Made by a program: the position numbers and the translations under genes | NCBI GenBank assembly: GCA_038214755.1 | Contig: JBBQRQ010000009.1 | Location: 1-64,000, forward strand | Source: Verrucomicrobiota bacterium | GTDB lineage: Bacteria; Verrucomicrobiota; Verrucomicrobiia; Limisphaerales; CANJXF01 | Length of the DNA stretch: 64,000 nt | Direction: 5' to 3' | Shown here: in pieces, positions 49,034 through 57,956 of the stretch | Layout: each line of letters opens with the position of its first letter | How positions within the stretch are numbered: the first letter of the stretch is position 1 | Notes under the pieces: model-generated | Seen by the model: the letters and a program-made list of their open reading frames with translations, nothing else | What the model was told of the DNA's origin: nothing | Databases searched by the model: none

Positions 49034-49049
49034 GCGGAGCGGGTAAGGT
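49021..49049 (+). promoter_or_regulatory. Candidate leaderless promoter of the antitoxin gene
   Basis: TTGCCG-N17-TAAGGT ending 7 nt before the ATG at 49057. Confidence 0.55.
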
Positions 49050-49056
49050 TTGCGGC

Positions 49057-49314
49057 ATGAGCACGCTGACGATTCAATTGCCGGATGACTTGAAAGTAGA
49101 ACTGACGGTGGCCGCGCGCCGGTCGGGGAAGACGCCTGCGCGATTTGTGCGCGAGACGCTGGAGCATCGCTTGAAGCCCGGTCGTGTCCGGGCGCGCAGC
49201 CGTGCGTCGCTTTATGAATTGAGCCGCGACCTGTGCGGGAGCGTGACGGGCGGGCCGCCTGATCTCGCGCGGAACAAAAAATATTTGAAGGGTTATGGCG
49301 CATGGAAACGGTGA
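49057..49314 (+). CDS. Ribbon-helix-helix (CopG-like) antitoxin
   Basis: MSTLTIQLPDDL..AARRSGKT..FVRETL; DLCGSV..PPDL..NKKYLKGYG; overlaps the PIN gene. Confidence 0.8.
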   Translation: MSTLTIQLPDDLKVELTVAARRSGKTPARFVRETLEHRLKPGRVRARSRASLYELSRDLCGSVTGGPPDLARNKKYLKGYGAWKR

Positions 49315-49715
49315 TGGTGGATGCCGGGCCGTTGGTGGCTTATCTCAAGCGTGACGACGGGGATCACGTTTGGGCGAAGGAAGTGTTTCAACGTCTCACC
49401 ACTCCGCTCTTGACATGTGACGCGGTATTGGGCGAAGTGGTTTTTCTTTTGCAGCAAACTCACGGCGGCACGCGACAATTGATCGAGCTTTTGGAGAATG
49501 GCCTCGTCGTGCCCGCCTTCGATCTGGCCGGCGAACTTCCCGCCGTGGGAGAATTGCTCCGCAAATATGAGAGCGTGCCGATGTCGCTGGCGGACGCCTG
49601 TCTGGTGCGGATGGCGGAATTGCACCGGGACGCGGTGGTGCTCACGCTGGACGGAGACTTCCGAATCTATCGCAAGAACCGGCGGCAGGCGATCCCGCTG
49701 ATTTGCCCGGAGTGA
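49302..49715 (+). CDS. PIN-domain (VapC-like) toxin
   Basis: VDAGPLVA, VLGE, MSLADACL, TLDGDFRIYR. Confidence 0.88.
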   Translation: METVMVDAGPLVAYLKRDDGDHVWAKEVFQRLTTPLLTCDAVLGEVVFLLQQTHGGTRQLIELLENGLVVPAFDLAGELPAVGELLRKYESVPMSLADACLVRMAELHRDAVVLTLDGDFRIYRKNRRQAIPLICPE

Positions 49716-49750
49716 TAGAACGCGGGGCGTGGAATAACACAATGCCAACG

Positions 49751-50167
49751 ATGAAAACCAAGAACCCCAATCCCGGCTCGCACGAACATCTCCTACAGAT
49801 TGTCGAGAAGCTGCCGAGCGATTTCGAGCCGTTCGGACGGCGGAAGCATCGTGGCTCGGATTGTTCGTGCGGTTGCAAACATTTTCTGAAGCTGGCTGGC
49901 GAGCTTGGTTCTGATTGGGGTGTCTGCGAGAATTCCAAAAGCCCGCGCTGCGGTTTGCTGACATTTGAGCATCAAGGTTGTTCTGAATTTGAATCAGCGG
50001 AACGGTCGGCGCATGCATCACGACGGCATCCAGTTCTGGCAACGGAAACGCGCCACGCTCCAGCGGGTGGGCTGGGTGTAACCAGAATGAATCGTGAGCA
50101 CGGAAGCTTGGCTCGCAAGACAAGCGCGGCGGCACGAGCGCCGGAATCAGGGCGGGGCGGCGTTTGA
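49751..50167 (+). CDS. Small Cys-rich protein (DUF3027-like); C-terminal tail may be read-through
   Basis: DCSCGCKHF..DWGVC.N..SPRCGLLTFEHQGC. Confidence 0.6.
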   Translation: MKTKNPNPGSHEHLLQIVEKLPSDFEPFGRRKHRGSDCSCGCKHFLKLAGELGSDWGVCENSKSPRCGLLTFEHQGCSEFESAERSAHASRRHPVLATETRHAPAGGLGVTRMNREHGSLARKTSAAARAPESGRGGV

Positions 50168-50186
50168 TGTGGTGGCCTAAGTTCAT
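50050..50186 (-). pseudogene. Orphan 5' stub homologous to the start of the 45272-49033 gene
   Basis: ATG overlaps the Rhs stop (ATGA); MNLGHHIKRRPALIPAL versus MKTASATKTKRSLALIPAL; 18 bp identical at 50137-50154 and 48978-48995; lower boundary approximate. Confidence 0.55.
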
Positions 50187-53100
50187 CGGCGGCGGGGGAT
50201 CGTGAGAACTTGGCCTGGGCGAATGACATTCAGATTCTGGAGGCCGTTGGCGGCACCAATTGCTGCCGCACTGCTGCCGTAGTTGTATCCAATGTTGCCG
50301 AGCGTGTCACCGGATTTGACTGTGTAGGTGGTTGATCCGCCTCCGCCGCTGCTGGTCGAAGTTGTGCCACCGCCTGATCCGCCACTTGGCTTTGTTGACG
50401 TCGCTGCTGTCGTCCCAGAGGCTTTGGGGGCAGCGACAGTGGCGGTGCGGCTAGGCATTGAAGGGGCTTGCGATGATGAAGCCTTCTGAACTCCGTATCC
50501 TAAAGAGTTAAGAATATTTCCGCCTACATTGCCGGCAGCATTTATTCCATTCATATATGAATTCATCAAAAACTTGGAAAACTTCAAGATTGGATCGGTT
50601 GTGTGATTGGCTACTTGATCACCGATATAAAATGCAACACCAACTCCGCCGACACTTGCCCCACTCTCAATAAGCTGTCCTCCAGCATGTATAGTATGAG
50701 CGAATGATTTAAATTGAAATCCGAGCTCTGCAATTTGCTCGCGCCGTTCGTTTCCCATACCAGATGCAACAGTTAAATCTACAGCGGCGCTTTCAGCAAG
50801 GCCCTCAAGGCTTCCTTTAAACCAGCCAAGAGCAAATGCTGCTACCCACGGGTTCTGCCCATTTGGGTCAGTATACTTTAGCGGGTTTTCTTGCGCATAA
50901 GAAAACGCTTCTGGCTTCCACCCCGGCCCAATATTCTTCACCGGATCGCTGGATAGAAACACTCCTGCATCCGCCGAGTAATACCGCGCTCGCATGAAGT
51001 AGAGACCGGGCAATTCCTCCATCACGCCTTGTGAACCGACGAAAAGATACGAATTGGAAAATTGAGATTGAAAATTCGTTGAGCCGAGGCTGCGGCCATA
51101 GGGCGTATAGGCGTATTGCGCCACAAGGTTTGCGCTTCCATCGGTGAGCGCGCTGATGTTGGCTTGCGCATCGGCGTGATAACAGGTCAGGCCATTCGTA
51201 GCGTTTACTTTGTAGGACAGGTCGGGGCCGTGGACGTACCAGGCAGTGATGTTGCCACTGGCATCCGTGTCGCAGAGAGTCCGCTCCATGCTCCCTTGCA
51301 AGTCGAGAACGTAACGGGTTTCCACAGCATCCAACGTCCGCGAGATGCGGCGACCGAGCGCGTCGTAGCGGTTGGTGATAAGCTTGTCGGTCATCGGCAT
51401 GAGCCGCCAGAAGATGGAAGTAGTGCGGTTATCTTCGTCGTAAGTCAGGGCCCAGCTTTGTCCACCACCACTGGCGTTGGTCATGTTGCCGCTGGCATCG
51501 TATTGATAGGTGAAGTTGTTTGTAGAATTCAGGACATCGACGCGATTGGTGATACGGCCCGCTGGGGTGAAGCGGGATGTTTCATCAATGAGCGACGGTA
51601 ACGGCCAGGCAAATGTTCCTCGTTCGCCACCGCCGGTTTTGTTGCCATTGCGGTCGTAGGCGTAAGTCAGCGCGATGTTGATCGAGTTGGAACTGATAAG
51701 CGACGGCGCATAACTGAGGCTGGTAATTCGGCCTGCGGTATCAAAGGAGTTCGTCTGGGTAATGCCATTGGGGTAGGTCCGTGCCAGGAGACGGTCCGCC
51801 TTATCGTAAGAGTAAGTCATTTGCCTTCCCGCCCAATCCACTTGATTGGTGACGCGACCGATGGCATCGAAGCGGTTCACCAAAACCTTCCCCGCTGGAT
51901 AAGTCAACGCAACCACTCGCCCCAAAGCATCGTATCCATAATGAATGGTTTGTGAAAAAGCATCGGTCACGTCAATGGCGCGATCCAGTGAATCATAAGT
52001 AAAGCGCGTCGTGGTGGGCGTCAGTCCAACGCGACGAGTGATGGTGCGGGGATTGTTGTTGTCGTCGTAGCTGAAGGTGTTTTGTCTTCCGGTATTGAAT
52101 GTCACGGATTGAACGCGACTAACCGGGTCGTAAATAAGAGTGCGCGTCGTGCCATTCGGATCGATTTGTTGTCGCAAGCGAAGAAGCTCGTCGTAGTCAT
52201 AACTCCACTGGTTCGTGTCCTGATTGATCTCTGTCTTACGCTCATTACGCAGGCCGTAGGTCATGACGTAGTGACCGCCCAGCGCGTCCGTGATGTTGGT
52301 GATGTTGGCAACCCCATCGTAGTCATAGAGCCACTGGAAATTTTCGGCATCCACCCATTTGGTGAGGCGTCCGCGTCCATCATAAAAGTGCAGCGAAGGA
52401 TAGCCGTTTGGCGTAGTAATTTGTTTAATTCGTCCGGCCGCATCGTAGGAAGTGGTTCTGGTATCGCCTTGAGGATTCGAGTCAGCAATCGCACGGTTTA
52501 ACCGATCATAAGTTTTCGTCCAACGTTGAGCAACCTGATCCATTAACGCAATAACATTGCCGTTGGCATCAAAGACATTTGTCGTAGTAAACCCCAGCCC
52601 GTTACTCACTCGCTCCAGGCGATTGGCGGAATCATAATAATTCGTGCTGGTATTGCCTATTGGATCGGTGATGCGTTCCAGTTTTCCGCGAGTTGAGTAG
52701 AAAAATAAATTCGTATTACCCGAGCGATCTATTGTTTGGTTGCGTTGGTTTGCCGCGTCATAAAAATGCCGGGTGTTTTGTCCCTTGCCGTCGGAAGCAG
52801 CGAGGAGATTTCCATTGGCATCAAAGGTCCTGGTAAATATGCGGTTCAAGGGGTCCACGGTGCGGACAACATTGCCGTTAAGGTCGAGTGTTAAGAAGGT
52901 CAAATCTCCCAGCGGATTCATCTCGGCAAGTTTCCAGCCGACATCATTGAGCGTGTAAGTCCACGTGCTCAGCGCCGCGTCGGTTTTGGATTTCAAGAAT
53001 CCATTCGTGTCGTAGCTCATGCTGGAAACGTGCGCGTTAGCATCCGTTGCGGTCATGACAAGTCCGTTAGTGAAATAAGTATAGGTCACCAAAGCGCCAA

Positions 53101-55138
53101 GCGCATCGTAATGACGAAGCAGGTTTCCGTTCGTATTGTTCAGTTCGTAAAAGTTCGTCCAGCCCAGAGGATTGATGTCCTGAGCCGCCTTATTGAAGAA
53201 CGGATGGAAAACCCAGCGATTCACTTCGCCAAGCGCATTGGTGCTGGCAATGACATTAGCGCGGTCGTCATAGCCAAAAGTGGTCATCCAGCCCAATGGT
53301 TCGGTGATGCTGATGCGATTGCCATTCGTGTCGTAAGTATAGGTGGTGATATTCGTCAGCGGGTCTTGCTGCGAGAGGATATGCCCCTTGCGGTCGTAGG
53401 TTTCAACCCATTGATTAGTTCCGGAATCGGTGCGCCGTATTTGTCGTTTGCCGGGCACTCCATACTCAGTCGTTGTTGCGCGATTCAATGCATCGACCTG
53501 ATTGGTAATTCTCCCATACTTATCATATTGAACCAAAACATTCGTGTTGACGCGTGGATCGACGATTCGATCAAGCAAGCCGTTGGTGCTGTAAAGGAAT
53601 TGCCATGTCGTATTGATATTTGTGTAAAGGCCGGAGGTGTTGGTGATGGATTTGGAGATGAGGCGGTTGGTCGAGTCGTAAGTAAAATTGGCCAGCCATT
53701 GACCAAATGTGACGTTGGTGACCAGTCCTGCCTGGTAATTGAAAACATATTTGCCGCCAGCAGAATCCACAGCTTGCGTGACCACGCCGCTGATTTCGTT
53801 CCAAAGAATCTGGACGGCGTTGCTGTTGAAATCGCGGATGGCCGTAAGACGTCCACGCATGATGGCCGCACCGGAATCTGGTTTACGAAAAATGTAAACA
53901 AGCCGCTCCGGCGTGGTCCATTGGCAGTTGGTGGAGGTAAGGGTGAATTCCCCGTGATACTCACGGTCCCGAGTGAAATACAAACCTGAGTTCAGATCCT
54001 TATCCCACGTTACGAGCGTGCCATCCCAAGACATCAAGCCAATAGTGTCCGTGTCGCCTAACGGGGAAAAAGCCTGGGCTGGCAGCACCCGAGTTTCAAA
54101 AGTGTGGCGCCATCCTTTGCCCAGCGGGCCGGTGGCGTAGGGGTCGAAGTTGACCAAGCTGTAGGTCCCGGAGACGTTCGCGCTGCTATAGCCAAATCGG
54201 AAATCGAATGTGATTCCCGGCGTCGGTCGCGCCTGCGCGGTTTGCTGCCAGGAAAAACCACCCGACAACGGCGAGAGTGCGTCGCGACCACCATTCTTTC
54301 GTGTATCGAAAGCGGATTGTTCACCCGCTTGATTCGCTTCTTCAAATGTCACAGGTCCGGAAGCAGTCGCGGATGCAGTTCCACTCGGCACCGGCGCAGG
54401 AGCAAAATTACGGAACTGGTCGGCGGTGTTGGTCGAGAATGCCAGAGGGAAGTAGCCTTTGAGATTCAAGGAGGGGTCGTTGGTTGGCTGGGAGGAGAAC
54501 ATGTTCTGGACGATGAACGCCTGCGCGTCGGTCGGAACGCTCTGGTAAACGGAAACCTCCTGCACTTCGCCGTAAAGGTATTGGCTTGAGCCCCAACCAC
54601 CGATTGAAACCCCCTGAGTCACGGTGGAATTGCCGACCGTGCCGCCGCTGGAAAACATCAAGCGGCCATCTGTGTAGCCAGTGAATACCTCGCCCTGACG
54701 AACCACAGCGACATGATACCAACGCTCCAGATAAGGCCGGGCGATCAGAGTATTTGTGTACAATCCCGTTCCGCGCGCGGAGAACTCAATGTTCCCGGTG
54801 TTGATATTGAATTGAATCAGGTAAGCATGAGCGTCGGCCTGTGAACCGGTGAGCCGATTGACCAAAATGGTCATGTTTTCGGTAAGGTTCGTGCCGGATG
54901 GAATGGAGATCTTGAACCAGCACTGGACGATCATGGCATTGGCCGAGGAATTCCAACTCAGTCCACCTGTGGAATCGGTTACCTCAAGACGAGCGTTGCC
55001 GGGAAAGAGCGCAGCATGGCCGACGCAGATCGGGAGGAGTAGCACAGAGAACAGCAGAGAGACGCGAGAGCCAAAGACACGGTTCACCGGGTGTCTTGCT
55101 CCATCGCGTTTCGAGAATCTGAGTTTATCCGCGTTCAT
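50183..55138 (-). CDS. Rhs/YD-repeat protein with signal peptide, N-terminal LamG domain and C-terminal LysM
   Basis: WYHVAVVR LamG; GPLGKGWRHTF (DUF6531-like); many YD repeats; core LYFMRARYY..FLSSDP..NPLKYTDPNG; YTVKSGDTL..IRPGQVLTIP. Confidence 0.92.
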   Translation of the reverse strand: MNADKLRFSKRDGARHPVNRVFGSRVSLLFSVLLLPICVGHAALFPGNARLEVTDSTGGLSWNSSANAMIVQCWFKISIPSGTNLTENMTILVNRLTGSQADAHAYLIQFNINTGNIEFSARGTGLYTNTLIARPYLERWYHVAVVRQGEVFTGYTDGRLMFSSGGTVGNSTVTQGVSIGGWGSSQYLYGEVQEVSVYQSVPTDAQAFIVQNMFSSQPTNDPSLNLKGYFPLAFSTNTADQFRNFAPAPVPSGTASATASGPVTFEEANQAGEQSAFDTRKNGGRDALSPLSGGFSWQQTAQARPTPGITFDFRFGYSSANVSGTYSLVNFDPYATGPLGKGWRHTFETRVLPAQAFSPLGDTDTIGLMSWDGTLVTWDKDLNSGLYFTRDREYHGEFTLTSTNCQWTTPERLVYIFRKPDSGAAIMRGRLTAIRDFNSNAVQILWNEISGVVTQAVDSAGGKYVFNYQAGLVTNVTFGQWLANFTYDSTNRLISKSITNTSGLYTNINTTWQFLYSTNGLLDRIVDPRVNTNVLVQYDKYGRITNQVDALNRATTTEYGVPGKRQIRRTDSGTNQWVETYDRKGHILSQQDPLTNITTYTYDTNGNRISITEPLGWMTTFGYDDRANVIASTNALGEVNRWVFHPFFNKAAQDINPLGWTNFYELNNTNGNLLRHYDALGALVTYTYFTNGLVMTATDANAHVSSMSYDTNGFLKSKTDAALSTWTYTLNDVGWKLAEMNPLGDLTFLTLDLNGNVVRTVDPLNRIFTRTFDANGNLLAASDGKGQNTRHFYDAANQRNQTIDRSGNTNLFFYSTRGKLERITDPIGNTSTNYYDSANRLERVSNGLGFTTTNVFDANGNVIALMDQVAQRWTKTYDRLNRAIADSNPQGDTRTTSYDAAGRIKQITTPNGYPSLHFYDGRGRLTKWVDAENFQWLYDYDGVANITNITDALGGHYVMTYGLRNERKTEINQDTNQWSYDYDELLRLRQQIDPNGTTRTLIYDPVSRVQSVTFNTGRQNTFSYDDNNNPRTITRRVGLTPTTTRFTYDSLDRAIDVTDAFSQTIHYGYDALGRVVALTYPAGKVLVNRFDAIGRVTNQVDWAGRQMTYSYDKADRLLARTYPNGITQTNSFDTAGRITSLSYAPSLISSNSINIALTYAYDRNGNKTGGGERGTFAWPLPSLIDETSRFTPAGRITNRVDVLNSTNNFTYQYDASGNMTNASGGGQSWALTYDEDNRTTSIFWRLMPMTDKLITNRYDALGRRISRTLDAVETRYVLDLQGSMERTLCDTDASGNITAWYVHGPDLSYKVNATNGLTCYHADAQANISALTDGSANLVAQYAYTPYGRSLGSTNFQSQFSNSYLFVGSQGVMEELPGLYFMRARYYSADAGVFLSSDPVKNIGPGWKPEAFSYAQENPLKYTDPNGQNPWVAAFALGWFKGSLEGLAESAAVDLTVASGMGNERREQIAELGFQFKSFAHTIHAGGQLIESGASVGGVGVAFYIGDQVANHTTDPILKFSKFLMNSYMNGINAAGNVGGNILNSLGYGVQKASSSQAPSMPSRTATVAAPKASGTTAATSTKPSGGSGGGTTSTSSGGGGSTTYTVKSGDTLGNIGYNYGSSAAAIGAANGLQNLNVIRPGQVLTIPRRR

Positions 55139-55144
55139 CCGAGG

Positions 55145-55636
55145 TTAAAATTTCGCAGCGGCCATTTGCTTTACATTGTTGCAGCGAACAACTTTGTAAG
55201 TTTGATTTTCGGCAAAGAGAACAATTTCTGATCGCAGGCCGTTCTGTTCCATTTTAAATGCCACACATTTTTCAGGAGAGACGCCCGCCTGCCTTGACCA
55301 AGTTTCCGCTTCTTTTGGGAACACTTCCTTTAATGACCCAAAGACGCCTTGCTTTTTCAGCAGAGTCAGGCCCGCATCTGAAATTTCGTCTTGCAGGCTT
55401 TTTCGGATGAAGTCCAGTTGTTCGTTGGAAGTCCGACTTCGGACTGCGTCAGGAATCACGATCCGGTCGAGGAAAGTCGAACTGCCTGAACTGAGGTCAC
55501 CAGAAAATTGCCTTAGAGATACTAACGCCCGGCGTCGAGGCGCATCGTGCCTCCAATGAAAATACAAAAGGCAAGACACCGCCCCAACCATCACCCCGCC
55601 AATTAGCCATGCCCGATTCATTGTGCGGCGTTTCAT
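55145..55636 (-). CDS. Hypothetical single-transmembrane protein directly upstream of Rhs
   Basis: N-terminal hydrophobic helix; 6-bp gap to the Rhs start. Confidence 0.6.
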   Translation of the reverse strand: MKRRTMNRAWLIGGVMVGAVSCLLYFHWRHDAPRRRALVSLRQFSGDLSSGSSTFLDRIVIPDAVRSRTSNEQLDFIRKSLQDEISDAGLTLLKKQGVFGSLKEVFPKEAETWSRQAGVSPEKCVAFKMEQNGLRSEIVLFAENQTYKVVRCNNVKQMAAAKF

Positions 55637-55817
55637 TGTCCGGCTACTCTGCGCCTTTTTGTAGCGGGTGCAATGCTATTCTCGCCTTTTGGAAATTGCG
55701 GCACGCCGGGGACAAGGCGGTGAGTTTTTGTTGGATGTTGCATCTGGTGGCGTGAGGAACTTGACTCATTCCATACATTACTGATCCAGTTGGAGCCGGA
55801 TGGCACCTATGGCTCCC

Positions 55818-56672
55818 TTATTTGTTGGACTCGACATGCTTGCCGCGAATTTTCTGCTGATGAAAATCCCACAGGAGCCAATCGTCATTCTCCACAAAGC
55901 GATTGAGTTTGGAATCCCACTTCTTCGGCAGGCGCTTATTTAATTTTTCGACAAAAGGCAAAAGAGGTCGTTGCGGCGGAAAGCGTTTCTCATGTTCGTC
56001 GAGCGCAATTTCCTGATGCCAACCAAATTTCTCTCGATACTTCGCAAAACCAAAACCATCAAAAAAATTATCGCCGCCGACCAACGGCAGATACCACAGA
56101 CTCGGAATGCCTCGCGGATTTTCTTTGATGGGAATTTCCATTTCCAACCGCTTCAACAGGGCCGCGCCCTTCGCATCGTTCCGCAAATGTTCCCGCAACT
56201 CGTGCAACGTTTGAAATTCCACCGGCGGACTGACAAAAAGAACCGGCTTATGCTGCGTCGTAGCAATGATGATCTCGTGCGGAGTGCCGACGCTATAAAT
56301 ATTCGTCGGACAATAGGAGATGGCGAAGTCGCTCGTATCCACCATGCGAAGGTCGATGTGCAAGGTCTCCCAAAATTTATTGGCGCACCATGCGCGCGTC
56401 TCCGCCCCTTTTTTTCCACCCTGATAAGTCCAACGCTCCTTGATGCGGTCTCCGCTCTTCTCATCTTCGCGTCCGTATTCGTGCAAGCCGCGCACCTCCG
56501 GTTTGAACCAAGGATCAAACACAGTCACACCCTTGACTTGAAGAAATTCGCTCACGCGATTGCGCCAGCCAAATTGTTTTTCATTGGCGCGGGAAGCGAC
56601 GAAATCCATCGGGCCGGAAAGATACACTCGCGCGCCTTGCAACAAATCCATCTGACGTTTTGAACCAGGCAT
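55818..56672 (-). CDS. Nucleoside 2-deoxyribosyltransferase-like protein
   Basis: VYLSGPM..WR..VFDP..DLRMVDTSD..SVGTPHEI..KPV; start uncertain (56651, 56672 or 56708). Confidence 0.65.
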   Translation of the reverse strand: MPGSKRQMDLLQGARVYLSGPMDFVASRANEKQFGWRNRVSEFLQVKGVTVFDPWFKPEVRGLHEYGREDEKSGDRIKERWTYQGGKKGAETRAWCANKFWETLHIDLRMVDTSDFAISYCPTNIYSVGTPHEIIIATTQHKPVLFVSPPVEFQTLHELREHLRNDAKGAALLKRLEMEIPIKENPRGIPSLWYLPLVGGDNFFDGFGFAKYREKFGWHQEIALDEHEKRFPPQRPLLPFVEKLNKRLPKKWDSKLNRFVENDDWLLWDFHQQKIRGKHVESNK

Positions 56673-56739
56673 GGCGCGAAGGATAGGCAAGCTCAACTCA
56701 AGCCGCAACCATGTCGTAAAACTTAGCCGAAGGATTCAG

Positions 56740-56882
56740 TTGCAACAGAAGGTAACAAAGCGAACGAAGGTAATGGGATTGCGGGCAAATTCGGCGAAAC
56801 TTCAACTCAACTCGTTTCGTGCGCCCACAGGCGATTTGAAGGCGAACTCCCGTCCGGTCAATGCTCCGTTTCCTTCTGTAAC
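56740..56882. repeat. Degenerate REP-like inverted repeat
   Basis: acagaaggtaacaaagcgaacgaag ... ctccgtttccttctgt. Confidence 0.5.
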
Positions 56883-56890
56883 GGTCTAAA

Positions 56891-57823
56891 TTATTTGTCG
56901 CGGCGCAAAAGATATTCCGCCAACGCTTCCAACGCGTCTGATTTGCCTTTAAAAATTTTTAAACTGGCGAAGGCGCGAGTCGTCAATTGTTTCGCCAACG
57001 CGCGTGATTTTTCCAAACCCACAATCGAAGGATAAGTTGCCTTTTGCGCGGCAGTGTCTTTGCCGGCGGTCTTGCCGAGTTGCTCGCTGGTCTGCGTGAT
57101 GTCAAGAATGTCATCGATGATTTGGAACGCGAGTCCGACGTTGTGACCGAAGTCCGTCAGCGCTTTGAGTTGCGCGGCGGTGCAATTGGCGCTCATGCCG
57201 CCGAGTCGCGCGGAACAAGTGAGGAGCGCAGAAGTTTTTCGTTCGTGAATATATTTAAGTTGTGTGGCGGAAATTTTCTTTCCTTCGCCTTCAAGATCGG
57301 CGACTTGCCCGGCGATGAGTTGCAATGAACCGGAAGCGCGCGCGAGTTCCAGAATAATTTCTCTGTGTGAATAGCGCGGCCAGCCGCGAGATTGCGCGGC
57401 GATTTCAAAAGCTTGCGTGAGCAGCGCGTCACCAGCGAGCACGGCGATGCCTTCTCCAAAAACTTTGTGGTTCGTCAATTTGCCTCGGCGAAAATCATCG
57501 TTGTCCATCGCGGGCAAATCGTCATGGATGAGCGAATAAGTGTGAATGCACTCGACGGAGCACGCGAGTGGCAGGGCGTCTTTCTCCGAACCGCCGCAGG
57601 CTTCGGCGGCGGCGAGACAAACCGCCGGTCGCATCCGTTTTCCTCCGGCGAAAAGCGAGTAACGCATCGCTTTGTGAATGGTGGACGGTTTGGTTTTTTC
57701 TGACGGAAGAAATTTGTTTAGAGCGCGGTTCACGGAAAGAGTTCGCTGCTCCAGATATTTTTTTAAATCAAATTGTCCACCAGACACGCGCAGCTTTGTA
57801 GGCAAAGGAAGTTGGCGGCGCAA
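56891..57823 (-). CDS. ispA: Polyprenyl (farnesyl/geranylgeranyl) diphosphate synthase
   Basis: GGKRMRP, LIHDDLPAMDNDDFRRG, FQIIDDILD, GKTAGKD; start uncertain. Confidence 0.9.
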   Translation of the reverse strand: MRRQLPLPTKLRVSGGQFDLKKYLEQRTLSVNRALNKFLPSEKTKPSTIHKAMRYSLFAGGKRMRPAVCLAAAEACGGSEKDALPLACSVECIHTYSLIHDDLPAMDNDDFRRGKLTNHKVFGEGIAVLAGDALLTQAFEIAAQSRGWPRYSHREIILELARASGSLQLIAGQVADLEGEGKKISATQLKYIHERKTSALLTCSARLGGMSANCTAAQLKALTDFGHNVGLAFQIIDDILDITQTSEQLGKTAGKDTAAQKATYPSIVGLEKSRALAKQLTTRAFASLKIFKGKSDALEALAEYLLRRDK

Positions 57824-57834
57824 GAACGGAGTCG

Positions 57835-57927
57835 GGTAGCATCTGCCTCCGGCGGGTGCGAAAAGAATTTTTATTTACGGAGATTCAAAGAAATTTCTTC
57901 GCACCCGCCGGAGGCAGATGCTACCCG
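57835..57927. repeat. GTAG-type REP-like inverted repeat; a third arm copy lies at about 59334-59362
   Basis: cgggtagcatctgcctccggcgggtgcgaa / ttcgcacccgccggaggcagatgctacccg. Confidence 0.85.
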
Positions 57928-57956
57928 GAATTGAATAGTTCCGCGACAGCGCATGG

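Noticed and set aside
49034..49303. 90-aa N-terminal extension of the 1343-aa ORF
   Set aside because: Antisense to the antitoxin; the signal peptide starts at 49033
49293..50186. 297-aa minus-strand ORF as an Rhs immunity gene
   Set aside because: Mostly antisense to the PIN and Cys-rich genes; only the first ~17 codons look meaningful
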